DNA of 64,000 bases from Candidatus Methanoperedenaceae archaeon GB37 (GTDB lineage: Archaea; Halobacteriota; Methanosarcinia; Methanosarcinales; EX4572-44), in assembly GCA_905171695.1 (NCBI GenBank), contig LR991653.1, positions 26,258-90,257 of the forward strand, given 5' to 3'. Every line of letters starts with the position of its first letter. Positions within the stretch are counted from its first letter, which is position 1. Position numbers and translations under genes: made by a program. The notes beneath the pieces were generated by a model. The model saw only the letters and a list, made by a program, of their open reading frames with translations, made no database searches and was not told where the DNA came from. Shown piece by piece: positions 18,219-27,481 of this stretch.

Positions 18219-18956
18219 ATGAGTGAGAATGATAGGAACGATTTTGAGATCATCGTTGAGCCGATCGAGTCCGAGAATCCTGTCCTCTTTAATGGGTTTC
18301 CAGGGATTGGACTCGTTGGAAATATAGCCTGCCAGCATGTGATAGACGAGCTTGAGATGGTGCAGAGGGGATGTGTTGACTCAAAGTACTTCCCGCCTAT
18401 AGCTGTACTCTTCGATGGGGTAGTCAGCATGCCTGTGCGTATCTATGAATCGATCGAACATAATCTCGTGGTTGTCATTTCAGACATCCCGATACATCCC
18501 ACAATCTCTTATGGAATCAGTAGAGAACTTGTGAACTGGGCCGAGACCTCGAATGTGAAGGAGATCGTCTCCATAGCAGGCATAGCCACTATGAGCGGAA
18601 GACACAGGGTATTCGGTGCAGCTACCACACGTGATCTTCTTGATAGGCTGAAGGACATGGTGGAGATATTCCAGGTCGGCACTATCTCAGGGATAGCTGG
18701 GAGCATAATGAGTGCGTGCCACCTGCAGAAGATACCTGCTATCAGTCTACTCGGGGAGACGCGTGGTCAGAATCCTGAACCGAGAGCAGCCATATCAGTC
18801 ATCGAGGCATTGAACAGCATATACGACCTCAATATATCGACAGAGAACCTGCTAAATCAGGCAAAGGAGATAGAAAGTGAACTTCAAAAATTGGCAGATC
18901 AAGTCAAGGATACCGAGGCGGCACCGTCACGAAAGGAGTTTCCAATGTACGGATAA
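18219..18956 (+). CDS. PAC2 (proteasome assembly chaperone 2)-family protein
   Basis: The 245-aa product shows PVLFNGFPGIGLVGNIACQHVIDEL, typical of archaeal PAC2/COG1938 proteins. Confidence 0.7.
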   Translation: MSENDRNDFEIIVEPIESENPVLFNGFPGIGLVGNIACQHVIDELEMVQRGCVDSKYFPPIAVLFDGVVSMPVRIYESIEHNLVVVISDIPIHPTISYGISRELVNWAETSNVKEIVSIAGIATMSGRHRVFGAATTRDLLDRLKDMVEIFQVGTISGIAGSIMSACHLQKIPAISLLGETRGQNPEPRAAISVIEALNSIYDLNISTENLLNQAKEIESELQKLADQVKDTEAAPSRKEFPMYG

Positions 18957-19004
18957 TGGTTAATCAGAATCTCACCCATCTATCCTCATCTATCACTAAT
19001 CACT

Positions 19005-19829
19005 ATGAAAGAGCGTGAGATTTTCTCAAGCCTCAGGGTTGCACCTCCCATATTTGTCCGCGTTGATGGAAGGGGTTTTGGGAAAGCACTTTCAAGCCTC
19101 GGCTTCAAGAAGCCCTACGATGAAGACTTTGCCCTTGCAATGGTCAACTCCACCATCACATTCTTCAAGAAAAGCGGCTTTGACCCCCTCTTTGCTTACC
19201 TCTTCTCGGACGAAGTGAGCTTCTACTTCACACACCTACCATTTAATGGGAGAGTTGAGAAGATAGACTCCATCATAACCTCTTTCTTCGCATCTACCCT
19301 GACCATACTACTCGAGCTATCAGAACCGATCTCCTTCGATGCTCGAATTATAGTAGTTGCCACGACTCAAGTGATCGATTATCTCAAGTCCAGGCAGGAC
19401 GAAGCATGGAACAATCATGTCATCTCTTACGGATACTACACCCTTCTAAAACATGGTTTTAATACGAAAGACGCAGTAGACAAGCTAAATCACATGAAAC
19501 AGAGTGATATTCATGAATTAACATTTCAAAATGGTGTCAATCTTGGCGAAACACCACTCTGGCAACGCAGAGGCATCATGGTATATCGCAAACCCCAGTC
19601 AGAAGATCCCAAAGTCCCAGACCCAGAACATCCCGAAGCCACCATGAAGAGAAGCGGTCAGAGATCTAACACTCTCACAAGAGGATCACTGGAGAACGAG
19701 TCAACCACAAGAGAGATACATCAAAGATCACACAGGAGATTGGTGGACGACTGGGGGCTGCCACTATTCAAGACCGACGAGGGACGGAAGTTTATAGAAT
19801 GCCTGTTAAAAGAAGATCACAGCCCTTAA
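19005..19829 (+). CDS. thg1: tRNA(His) guanylyltransferase, Thg1-like protein (TLP), with a charged C-terminal extension
   Basis: The 274-aa product shows IFVRVDGRGFGKAL...KPYDEDFALAMVNS...FSDEVSFYF, the Thg1 palm-domain pattern. The last ~70 aa are low-complexity and K/R/E/S-rich. Confidence 0.8.
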   Translation: MKEREIFSSLRVAPPIFVRVDGRGFGKALSSLGFKKPYDEDFALAMVNSTITFFKKSGFDPLFAYLFSDEVSFYFTHLPFNGRVEKIDSIITSFFASTLTILLELSEPISFDARIIVVATTQVIDYLKSRQDEAWNNHVISYGYYTLLKHGFNTKDAVDKLNHMKQSDIHELTFQNGVNLGETPLWQRRGIMVYRKPQSEDPKVPDPEHPEATMKRSGQRSNTLTRGSLENESTTREIHQRSHRRLVDDWGLPLFKTDEGRKFIECLLKEDHSP

Positions 19830-20695
19830 CCCCATTACTGCAACACAAACATCCCTATACCGCCTCTTTCCAGTCATAAAAACTCTCTCCCCCTACCCAC
19901 GGATCCCCGCCTCCATTTTTACCTCCCAGACCCGTGGACCCGTCCACATAAGATTATAAATACAAGAGACTATTTTTTTATTTATGCTGAGGGTAAGGGA
20001 GATTGTCGAAGAGTTGAAGGTGTTTGAGAGGAATAAGGTGCCTTTTCTATGTTAAGATTCTCGGTATTGTAACCTGTATTCAGACGTCTTCTCTCGGGAG
20101 GACTGCCAGAGTTCTCTCTCTGGCTTCATCCGGTCTCCATAGACCTCTCTTTGGAAAGAGGGAATGTTTGAAGAGAAATTGCCTGCTTGTATCAGAGAAG
20201 AAGAGAAAATACTTGAATAGCATTAGACGAAAGAGTTGTTAAAGCAAGATAAAAAGGAGTATTATGTTTATTCTGCTGTAAATGTTGAGAAAAACGAGTT
20301 AATCCTGATGAGAATTTATACAAACAGGAATTATCTTGTTACAAGGTCCTTCAGAGAAGTGCTAAGAGTTCTGTTGGAAGAAGCCAAAATTCATCGTTGA
20401 TAAAGCTCCCTTCGCTTATATATTCTTTTGCTCAATTAGCTCTTTTAATCCTGTTAAAAACTGGAATTTGTTCTGTAAGCTCTTTATGCTTTATTATAAT
20501 CGGTTGAGGTGGTGTTTATGTTAAGTGGACACGTCCGAATTATTATAATTTAAAAATCTTAATTTTATTGATAATGACCTTTTTTGATAATCTTCTTTGC
20601 TTGCGCTTTTTGGAAAAGAGTCTTTGGTCGTCTACTTTATGCTCCAGTTTAGATGCCTTGTTTTCGAAAAAGTGGGGTCATTGACTGTGATTTTT

Positions 20696-21214
20696 TCATA
20701 TTCCTGTCCATGTACATTTTTTGTAGGATCCTGTTACTATTTTTGTCTTTCTTTTTTTGATTTTGTCTGTTTTTATGTGTGTATCGATGAACTCTTGGAG
20801 TTCGATTACTGAAAGGAACATCGCTTCGCAGAGGATGTTGTAGGTATGGTTTGTGCGGTAGAGTGCTATTACTCGTTCGTGTTCTTTGAGTGTGTTTACG
20901 ACTTCTGGGATGTGTTTTTCTTCTATTTGCATGTCTATGAATACTTTGATGCATTTTTCTGATTCTTTGCAGTCTAATAGTAGGATGAAGCCCTGGATTA
21001 TTCCTTTTTTTACCATTTCGTTGATGCGACGTCTGACGGTTCCTTCGCTCACGCCGATCTTATCTGCGATCTCGACGTTGCTTGCTCGTGCGTTCTCGCT
21101 CAGCGCTTGGATGATCTTCAGGTCGGTTTCGTCTATCGGGAGTGTATTCAGGATGTCCTGGCATGTCTCTTTTCTCCAGCATTCGATTGGATCTTCCATG
21201 ATGGTGCTCTTCAT
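20696..21214 (-). CDS. Lrp/AsnC-family transcriptional regulator
   Basis: Only the C-terminal 172 codons of ORF 20696..21853 are real; the start is at 21214 (MKSTIMEDP) or 21199. The sequence is DETDLKIIQALSENARASNVEIADKIGVSEGTVRRRINEMVKKGIIQGF followed by an RAM-like domain. The upstream part of the ORF is antisense to fsr. Confidence 0.85.
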   Translation of the reverse strand: MKSTIMEDPIECWRKETCQDILNTLPIDETDLKIIQALSENARASNVEIADKIGVSEGTVRRRINEMVKKGIIQGFILLLDCKESEKCIKVFIDMQIEEKHIPEVVNTLKEHERVIALYRTNHTYNILCEAMFLSVIELQEFIDTHIKTDKIKKRKTKIVTGSYKKCTWTGI

Positions 21215-21329
21215 GTCTTTGCGATATAAAAATATTATGTATCGAAATTCGTTTTTTAATTGCGAAATACTTATATGTGGTGGGGTTGTAGAGACGATCG
21301 ATACGAATACTTGAGATGGTGAATGATCT
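21215..21329. promoter_or_regulatory. Divergent promoter region between the Lrp-family gene and fsr
   Basis: The interval is AT-rich. A TATA-like atttttatat on the minus strand lies 9 nt from the ATG at 21214 and 24 nt from the alternative ATG at 21199. A cttatatgt box followed by a GGTGA Shine-Dalgarno-like element lies upstream of fsr. Confidence 0.35.
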
Positions 21330-23255
21330 ATGGAAGAAGAGAAGTATAAATGGTTCCTTCGGGATGAAGTGGTCGACGAGGAGCTATGCACACTCTGTGG
21401 CGCATGTGCCGCGGTCTGCCCGAACGGCATAGTCGAGTTCAGAGAGGATGGACCCATACTGAAAGAGGAGTGCTGGAGAAACGGAGAGGGCGCATGCAGG
21501 GATGTCTGCCACCGCGTCTTGACTGATGCCGCTCGGATAGGACCTAACATATTCGGGTTCAAAGCAAAGCCCCCATCACTTCTTGGGCAGTATGAAAGGA
21601 TCGTCTCGGCGCGAGCGGTCGATGAGAAGATCAGAGAGGCAGGGCAGGACGGTGGTGCTGTGACAGCACTCCTCGCATGCTGTATGGAGAGAGGCATGGT
21701 CGATGGCGTGATCGCAACAGGCAGCATCGGAAAACCGGCATCACGGATAATAAGAGAGAGAGACGATCTCCTCACCACTGCAGGCTCAAAATACTCAACA
21801 GTCCCGACACTCTCAGCCATAAAAGACGCAGAGGGGATCACAAATGCTGCCATCGTGGGGCTTCCCTGTCAGGTCTACGGCATTCGCAGAACACAGTTCT
21901 TACCAGGACTCACCGCACACAGCTACGAGATCGGAGAGAACGGTGAGAGAATAACGATCCCGAACGTGGCTTACGTCATCGGTTTATTCTGCACAGAGAA
22001 CTTTTCACACGAAAAACTGAAGGATCTACTCTCAAAGAAGGGTGTGGATATTGAAAAGGCTGAAAAGATTGCTATACGCCTCGACGAACTGGTGGTTACG
22101 ACCGCTGAGGGTGATATAGGGTTCGACCTGAGCGAGGTAAGAGAGAGCGTGTGGCCAGGGTGTCGGGTCTGCAGAGACGCAGTATCAAAGCTTGCCGACA
22201 TCTCAGCCGGGTACATGGGCTCAACCACTGGATGGACCACCCTCATTGCGAGAACACCGAAAGGCGTTGAACTCCTCGAGATGGCAGTGGACGGTGGGTA
22301 CATCGAGCTCGGATCCGATGTTAACATCCAACGGATAGAAGAGTTTGCCGGGCTCAAGATGCAACGATTCAACCGAGAACTGAAGAGACGACTTGAAGCT
22401 GATAGAAAGATGAAGTACTACTGGGCAGGAGACTACCCAGGAATAAAGGGCGAAGCTGGTGGAACATACTACGTCAAGATAAAGACAGGCTCAGGACTCG
22501 TGAAACATGACTATCTTGCGAAGATCCCCTCACTTGCCGAGAAGTACGGCGATGGAACAGTCGAAGTGACAACAAGACAGAGCATCTCAATCCAGGGCGT
22601 GAAAGGCGAATACATCGACGAGATAATGAGAGAGATCTACGAGAGAGGACTTGCAACCATCGGAATGGGCTTTGTCGCAGCCTGCTCTGGTATCAATTAC
22701 TGCTCAGAAGCACTGGTCGATACAAAAGAACTGGCAAACGAGCTAACAATACAGTTTGCACAGAGGCTCACACCACCCAAGATGAAGATCGGGATTGCAG
22801 GCTGCCCGAACTCGTGTGTCCGTGCAAAGAGACACGACATAGGCTTGATCGGACAGGTTAAACCCGGCATAATCGACCTTGAGAAATGCAACGGGTGCGG
22901 GCGATGCGCCGAGGTCTGCAGGGTTGATGCGATAACCATCCAGTTCAAGAAAGCCGTGCGCGACGACGAGAAATGCATATACTGCGGATGGTGCATCAGA
23001 AGCTGTCCACACGAGGCAGTACTCGAAGAGAAGCGTGGATACGCCATGTGGATCGGAGGAAACGATGCACGGCGTGCATCAGACGGCGTACTGCTGAAAT
23101 CCTTCTGCACAAGAGAAGAGATACCATCGCTCATCACCAGCGTTGCAGATACATTCACCAAACACAGGAGAAAACCAGGTCGTGAAAGACTCGGAAACGT
23201 GATGAAACGAGTCGGTGAAGCGGAATTTATCAAAGAGGTCCTCTGCAAGAGATAA
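21330..23255 (+). CDS. fsr: Coenzyme F420-dependent sulfite reductase (Fsr): FrhB/FpoF-like N-terminal half fused to a siroheme sulfite/nitrite reductase C-terminal half
   Basis: The 641-aa product has CTLCGACAAVCP and GQDGGAVTALL (F420H2-oxidising half). The C-terminal half carries ACSGINYCSE (C-x5-C) and GCPNSCVRA (C-x3-C) siroheme-[4Fe-4S] motifs, plus CNGCGRCAEVC/CIYCGWCIRSCP. Confidence 0.85.
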   Translation: MEEEKYKWFLRDEVVDEELCTLCGACAAVCPNGIVEFREDGPILKEECWRNGEGACRDVCHRVLTDAARIGPNIFGFKAKPPSLLGQYERIVSARAVDEKIREAGQDGGAVTALLACCMERGMVDGVIATGSIGKPASRIIRERDDLLTTAGSKYSTVPTLSAIKDAEGITNAAIVGLPCQVYGIRRTQFLPGLTAHSYEIGENGERITIPNVAYVIGLFCTENFSHEKLKDLLSKKGVDIEKAEKIAIRLDELVVTTAEGDIGFDLSEVRESVWPGCRVCRDAVSKLADISAGYMGSTTGWTTLIARTPKGVELLEMAVDGGYIELGSDVNIQRIEEFAGLKMQRFNRELKRRLEADRKMKYYWAGDYPGIKGEAGGTYYVKIKTGSGLVKHDYLAKIPSLAEKYGDGTVEVTTRQSISIQGVKGEYIDEIMREIYERGLATIGMGFVAACSGINYCSEALVDTKELANELTIQFAQRLTPPKMKIGIAGCPNSCVRAKRHDIGLIGQVKPGIIDLEKCNGCGRCAEVCRVDAITIQFKKAVRDDEKCIYCGWCIRSCPHEAVLEEKRGYAMWIGGNDARRASDGVLLKSFCTREEIPSLITSVADTFTKHRRKPGRERLGNVMKRVGEAEFIKEVLCKR

Positions 23256-23318
23256 CACCACGCGAGATCGCACACCCTATCGAAATCTTAATGAGCTTGA
23301 GACGAAGAGAATGACGCT

Positions 23319-24152
23319 GTGAACCTGAGGATTGGCTACTCCCCGTGTCCCAACGACACGTTCATCTTCTACGCCCTCACCCACGGGCTCGTCCCATTGG
23401 AGGGAGAGACAGTCACTCCAGTGGTCGAGGATGTTGAAACTCTCAACAGAAGGGCACTCGAAGAGGAGAGTCTTGACGTTACGAAGGTATCATTTCACGC
23501 ATTTGCACACCTTCGAGACCGCTATGCACTATTACACACGGGTGCCGCGCTCGGCAGGGGCTGCGGGCCTATCATAGTCTCGAAGGAGCGAGTCGAGCCC
23601 GAGGAACTTGGGGAGATGCGCATCGCAATCCCAGGAACTTACACCACGGCAAACCTCCTCTTAAAGCTCTACGATCCAGGAATCAGGAAGACCGTTCCGA
23701 TGCCATTTGATCGGATCATGCCAGCGATCGTGAGTGGTGAGGTTGACTGCGGGGTGATCATACACGAGGCAAGATTCACGTACCCTGACCTTGGCTTGAG
23801 AGAGATGATCGATCTTGGATCGTGGTGGGAAGAAGAGACAGGCTATCCCATACCACTCGGCGCAATCATAGCCAAACGGAAGTACAAGAGAGACCTCCTC
23901 CATAAGATCGACCACTGGATCAGAGAAAGCATCGAATACGCACTCAAAAAACCGAGAGAACCGATGGAATACATCAAAAGACACGCCAGTGAGATGAACG
24001 AAGAGATCATCTGGAGACATATCAACCTCTACGTAAACAGAGAGACACTCGAGATCAGTGAAGAGGGGATAGACGCAGTCAGATGCCTCATAGAGATGGG
24101 AGAAGAGAGAGAACTCATTCCACAGACGAAAAGACCATTATTCATCGAATAA
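23319..24152 (+). CDS. mqnD: 1,4-dihydroxy-6-naphthoate synthase (futalosine pathway MqnD)
   Basis: The 277-aa product has a GTG start and begins LRIGYSPCPNDTFIFYALTHGLV, the pattern recalled for MqnD. It looks like a periplasmic-binding-protein-like fold. Confidence 0.7.
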   Translation: MNLRIGYSPCPNDTFIFYALTHGLVPLEGETVTPVVEDVETLNRRALEEESLDVTKVSFHAFAHLRDRYALLHTGAALGRGCGPIIVSKERVEPEELGEMRIAIPGTYTTANLLLKLYDPGIRKTVPMPFDRIMPAIVSGEVDCGVIIHEARFTYPDLGLREMIDLGSWWEEETGYPIPLGAIIAKRKYKRDLLHKIDHWIRESIEYALKKPREPMEYIKRHASEMNEEIIWRHINLYVNRETLEISEEGIDAVRCLIEMGEERELIPQTKRPLFIE

Positions 24153-24168
24153 GGATCGACTGGTTAAT

Positions 24169-25179
24169 ATGGACTCTATGGATTCAAGCGGTGCGATGCA
24201 GGTCTTTGAGCTTGGTGAACGAGCAATCGTTGAGCGAATAAGAGAGATCCTCGGCAATTCTGAAATTGGGGACGATTGTGGTCTTATCAGAATCGGGAAT
24301 GAGATACTTGTGGTTACAAGTGATATGCTCCACCGGAAAACCGATTTCCCGCCTCAGATGAGCGGTTATCAGATCGGGTGGATGAGTGCAGCCGCGAGTC
24401 TGAGCGACATTGCGGCGATGGGTGCAACTCCAGTGGGCATTCTCTTTGCGATCGGTCTTCCAGTGGAGACCGAAGTCGGATTTCTTGACGAGATGATACG
24501 TGGAATCAGTGCCTGTGCAGATCAGGCTTCAACCAAGGTGATCGGAGGGGACGTGGACTCTCATGATGAACTGACGATAGTCGGAACAGCACTCGGGTGT
24601 GTGAATCAAGAGAAGATCCTATACAGGAAGGGTGCAAGAGAGAACGACTTTCTCTGTGTCACAGGAAGCCTTGGCGGTGCAGGCGCCGCACTCTCTCTAC
24701 TGAAGGATGGAAGGAGATCTCCGGTGGAGATCTCAAGAAAGCTATTTGAACCAGTTCCGCGAGTCCGTGAAGGCAGGATACTCGCCGAGAGCAGGGTTGT
24801 GAGCAGCGCAATGGATATAAGCGATGGACTTGCAGCATCACTCTACGAGCTCTCACGTGCAAACGAGGGTATCGGATTCAGAATATACGCTGAGAAGATA
24901 CCAACCGATCCAGAACTGAGTCAGATACTCAACCCAGAAGAGATACTTGAGACCTCCCTCTATGAAGGTGGCGACCTCGAACTCTTATTCACGATCCCAA
25001 GAGAAGAGATTAAGACTCTCCACGGAGAGATCGAGTTCACAGTCATAGGAGAAGTAACCAAAAGAGGAATCATTATTGTGAAGACCACGCCAGATGGAAG
25101 AAGATACGTGGAACCACTCAGCGAAAGAGGCTACGAGCACCTGAAAGAGAGACCACCACGCAAAAACTATCAGGGATAA
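24169..25179 (+). CDS. thiL: Thiamine-monophosphate kinase (PurM/AIR-synthase-related superfamily)
   Basis: The 336-aa product shows IGDDCGLIRIGNEILVVTSDMLHRKTDFP...IGWMSAAASLSDIAAMGATP...VIGGD. Confidence 0.7.
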   Translation: MDSMDSSGAMQVFELGERAIVERIREILGNSEIGDDCGLIRIGNEILVVTSDMLHRKTDFPPQMSGYQIGWMSAAASLSDIAAMGATPVGILFAIGLPVETEVGFLDEMIRGISACADQASTKVIGGDVDSHDELTIVGTALGCVNQEKILYRKGARENDFLCVTGSLGGAGAALSLLKDGRRSPVEISRKLFEPVPRVREGRILAESRVVSSAMDISDGLAASLYELSRANEGIGFRIYAEKIPTDPELSQILNPEEILETSLYEGGDLELLFTIPREEIKTLHGEIEFTVIGEVTKRGIIIVKTTPDGRRYVEPLSERGYEHLKERPPRKNYQG

Positions 25180-25215
25180 CCTTTGATACGTCTCCTCTTC
25201 TTGCGGTGGTGCTTG

Positions 25216-26103
25216 ATGGTTCTTGGGCGGGTCGGTCTCTATGCTGATTTTGTGGTTCTGAAGCATACCGTCTTTGCAATACCGTTTGCATATCTCGGTG
25301 CTCTTCTTGCAAGTATCCTCTCTTTAAAGAGCCTTCCAGCTGTCAATATCTTGTTCTGGGTTGGTCTTGCTTTCTTCGGAGCTAGAAGCGGTGCCATGGC
25401 TATTAACAACCTCGTTGACCTTGATATTGACAGAAAAAACCCGCGCACAGCCAATCGACCACTACCAGCGGGTCTGATCCATAAAAGTGAGGTCTACATG
25501 ATCATTGCAGTATCCTATGCAGTCCTCTTTGCCTCGGCGTATATGTTAAATGAGCTCTGCTTGGCTCTCTCGCCACTCGTTCTGATCACATCCGTCATCT
25601 ATCCCTATCTCAAAAGATTCTCATGGGCGTCACACCTGATCCTCGGCTTAAATCTTGGCTATGCTCCGATCGGCGGATGGATTGCAGTGACAGGCACCCT
25701 GCATCTACCGCCGACTATCCACGAACTCGGAGTCTTCGCACTCGCACTTGCCGTCATCTTCTGGGTTGCTGGATTTGATGTGATATACTCGCTTCTGGAC
25801 GTCGAGTTTGACAGACGACATGGGCTGCACTCGATCCCGGCATCCCTCGGAGTTGAGAGAGCGCTTCAGATATCAGCCATCTTCCACGCCTTGATGTTCC
25901 TCCTCCTCATCGCCTCCCACCTACTCTTTGGTCTTGGCGATCTATTCGCACTCGGACTCGTGGTGATCGGCGCACTCCTCATCTATGAGCACTGGATCGT
26001 GACGGGCGTTGATCCTGAAAGGATAGGTGTTGCGTTTCTGCGGGTAAATGCCTGCGTTAGCACATCTCTTCTCGTCTTCATCGTTGCAGATCTGATAATC
26101 TGA
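25216..26103 (+). CDS. UbiA-family aromatic prenyltransferase (4-hydroxybenzoate polyprenyltransferase-like; possibly the futalosine-pathway prenyltransferase)
   Basis: This is ORF 25183..26103 trimmed to the ATG at 25216. The motifs are GARSGAMAINNLVDLDIDRKNPRTANRPLPAG and DVIYSLLDVEFDRRHGL (the two Asp-rich motifs), with 8-9 predicted TM segments. Confidence 0.8.
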   Translation: MVLGRVGLYADFVVLKHTVFAIPFAYLGALLASILSLKSLPAVNILFWVGLAFFGARSGAMAINNLVDLDIDRKNPRTANRPLPAGLIHKSEVYMIIAVSYAVLFASAYMLNELCLALSPLVLITSVIYPYLKRFSWASHLILGLNLGYAPIGGWIAVTGTLHLPPTIHELGVFALALAVIFWVAGFDVIYSLLDVEFDRRHGLHSIPASLGVERALQISAIFHALMFLLLIASHLLFGLGDLFALGLVVIGALLIYEHWIVTGVDPERIGVAFLRVNACVSTSLLVFIVADLII

Positions 26104-26171
26104 AGGACATCATTATACAACAGATGAACTTCTTGAAACAGATAAATCTCTTAATCTTATTTTCTTGGTTT

Positions 26172-26567
26172 TTACCTAAATACGCCTTTTTCTTCACATT
26201 GTTTTCGTATTTCGTTTGAATCTGTCAGATTTCCGTAAATTATTTCATGTCTAACCGTGTTTAGATTCTTTATCAATTTTTTTGCTTTGAATGCACCATC
26301 AAAAAAAGCCAATGCAACAAACACAACACCAATAAGCAAATAAATATAATAAACGACTTTGGAATATCCGCTATCTGGAATCCTGATAGCGATCATGCTA
26401 CCAAAAAACGCAAGTGATGCAATAACTGCAGTTCCAAACCCCAGAGCATACATCTTTGCATTGGAGATTTCTCCGTTCAGAAACATCACCCAGTCGCTGA
26501 GCGTGAGTGGACAGTTTTCTTCGTTTGAGTTGTCATTGTTTTGTTCTCTCATATTTTCCCAACTCAT
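26172..26567 (-). CDS. Small membrane protein of unknown function (2 TM)
   Basis: The 131-aa product has two hydrophobic helices. Its start overlaps the stop of the upstream wHTH gene by one base (TAATG). Confidence 0.5.
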   Translation of the reverse strand: MSWENMREQNNDNSNEENCPLTLSDWVMFLNGEISNAKMYALGFGTAVIASLAFFGSMIAIRIPDSGYSKVVYYIYLLIGVVFVALAFFDGAFKAKKLIKNLNTVRHEIIYGNLTDSNEIRKQCEEKGVFR

Positions 26568-26860
26568 TATCTCTCTATCTTGTTTTCGAGTTCTTTTATC
26601 CGCTCTTTGATTCTCTCTATCCTTTGATCAAGTTCTTCCTGGAACTCTATGGCTTTCTCTGTCGGGCTTGCTCCGTGTGCGGTCGGTGTTATCATTCCTT
26701 TCTGTTCGAGTACTCTGAGGGAGTAGCGGATCTTGTGTCTTGAGATCTTTGTCTCCTCTGCTATCCTTCGTATGCCGACTGGAGCGTTCTTGATGACCTT
26801 CTGTAGCACGATTATGTGGCGTTCGAGTAGTTCTAATTCGTTTTCGATCCTTTTAAACAT
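26567..26860 (-). CDS. Winged-helix transcriptional regulator with a C-terminal coiled coil (archaeal COG3388-like)
   Basis: The ATG at 26860 is preceded by GGTGA. The sequence is LLERHIIVLQKVIKNAPVGIRRIAEETKISRHKIRYSLRVLEQKGMI followed by a charged helix, ERIKERIKELENKIER. Confidence 0.65.
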   Translation of the reverse strand: MFKRIENELELLERHIIVLQKVIKNAPVGIRRIAEETKISRHKIRYSLRVLEQKGMITPTAHGASPTEKAIEFQEELDQRIERIKERIKELENKIER

Positions 26861-26893
26861 GAGTATCACCTGTATAATAGGGGGTATTATAGT

Positions 26894-27481
26894 TTACAGA
26901 ACTCCCTTCGTACTCGGTACACCCGTGCCCTCCAGAACTGCGCTGCGACGAAGTGCCACGCCAAAAGCCTTGAAGAGCGCCTCGCATATATGGTGATCAT
27001 CCTCGCCCGCAGCTTCGAGGTGGAGTGTGATACGAGCATTCGATGATAGCGACTCAAAGAAGTGCCTGACCATCCGAGTACCCATCCCGCCCACAAAACT
27101 CGTCCTGAAACCAACGTTGTAGACCAGATACCCTCTGCCGCTCACATCCACGACAGCAGAGGCAATGGCTTCGTCCATAGGGATGCGAGCCTCGCCAAAA
27201 CGCGCAATTCCAGCCCGATCACCAAAGCTCTCCCAAATGGCAGATCCAAGTGCGATCCCAACGTCCTCGATTGTGTGATGCTCATCTACCTCGAGATCGC
27301 CAACTGCCCTGATCCTCAGATCAAAGCGTCCATGTTTTGCAAAACTCGCAAGCATATGATCAAAGAAACGAATACCAGTATCCACCGCGCCGGCACCGCT
27401 GCCCTCTCCATCAAGAGAGAAAGAGACTGTTACATCTGTCTCACCAGTTCTGCGCACCACTTCAGCCCTTCTCAAAACCAC
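26894..27481 (-). CDS. hisB: Imidazoleglycerol-phosphate dehydratase
   Basis: ORF 26894..27532 shows EVVRRTGETDVTVSFSLDG...IRFFDHMLASFAKHG...DEHHTIEDVGIALG...GEDDHHICEALFKAFG. The true start is probably an alternative codon near 27475-27481. Confidence 0.9.
   Translation of the reverse strand: MVLRRAEVVRRTGETDVTVSFSLDGEGSGAGAVDTGIRFFDHMLASFAKHGRFDLRIRAVGDLEVDEHHTIEDVGIALGSAIWESFGDRAGIARFGEARIPMDEAIASAVVDVSGRGYLVYNVGFRTSFVGGMGTRMVRHFFESLSSNARITLHLEAAGEDDHHICEALFKAFGVALRRSAVLEGTGVPSTKGVL

Noticed and set aside
21215-21853. The N-terminal two thirds of the 385-aa minus-strand ORF 20696..21853.
   Set aside because: This part is antisense to the well-supported fsr gene, and its translation is S/P/A-rich nonsense. 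Only the last 172 codons, the Lrp/AsnC regulator, are real.
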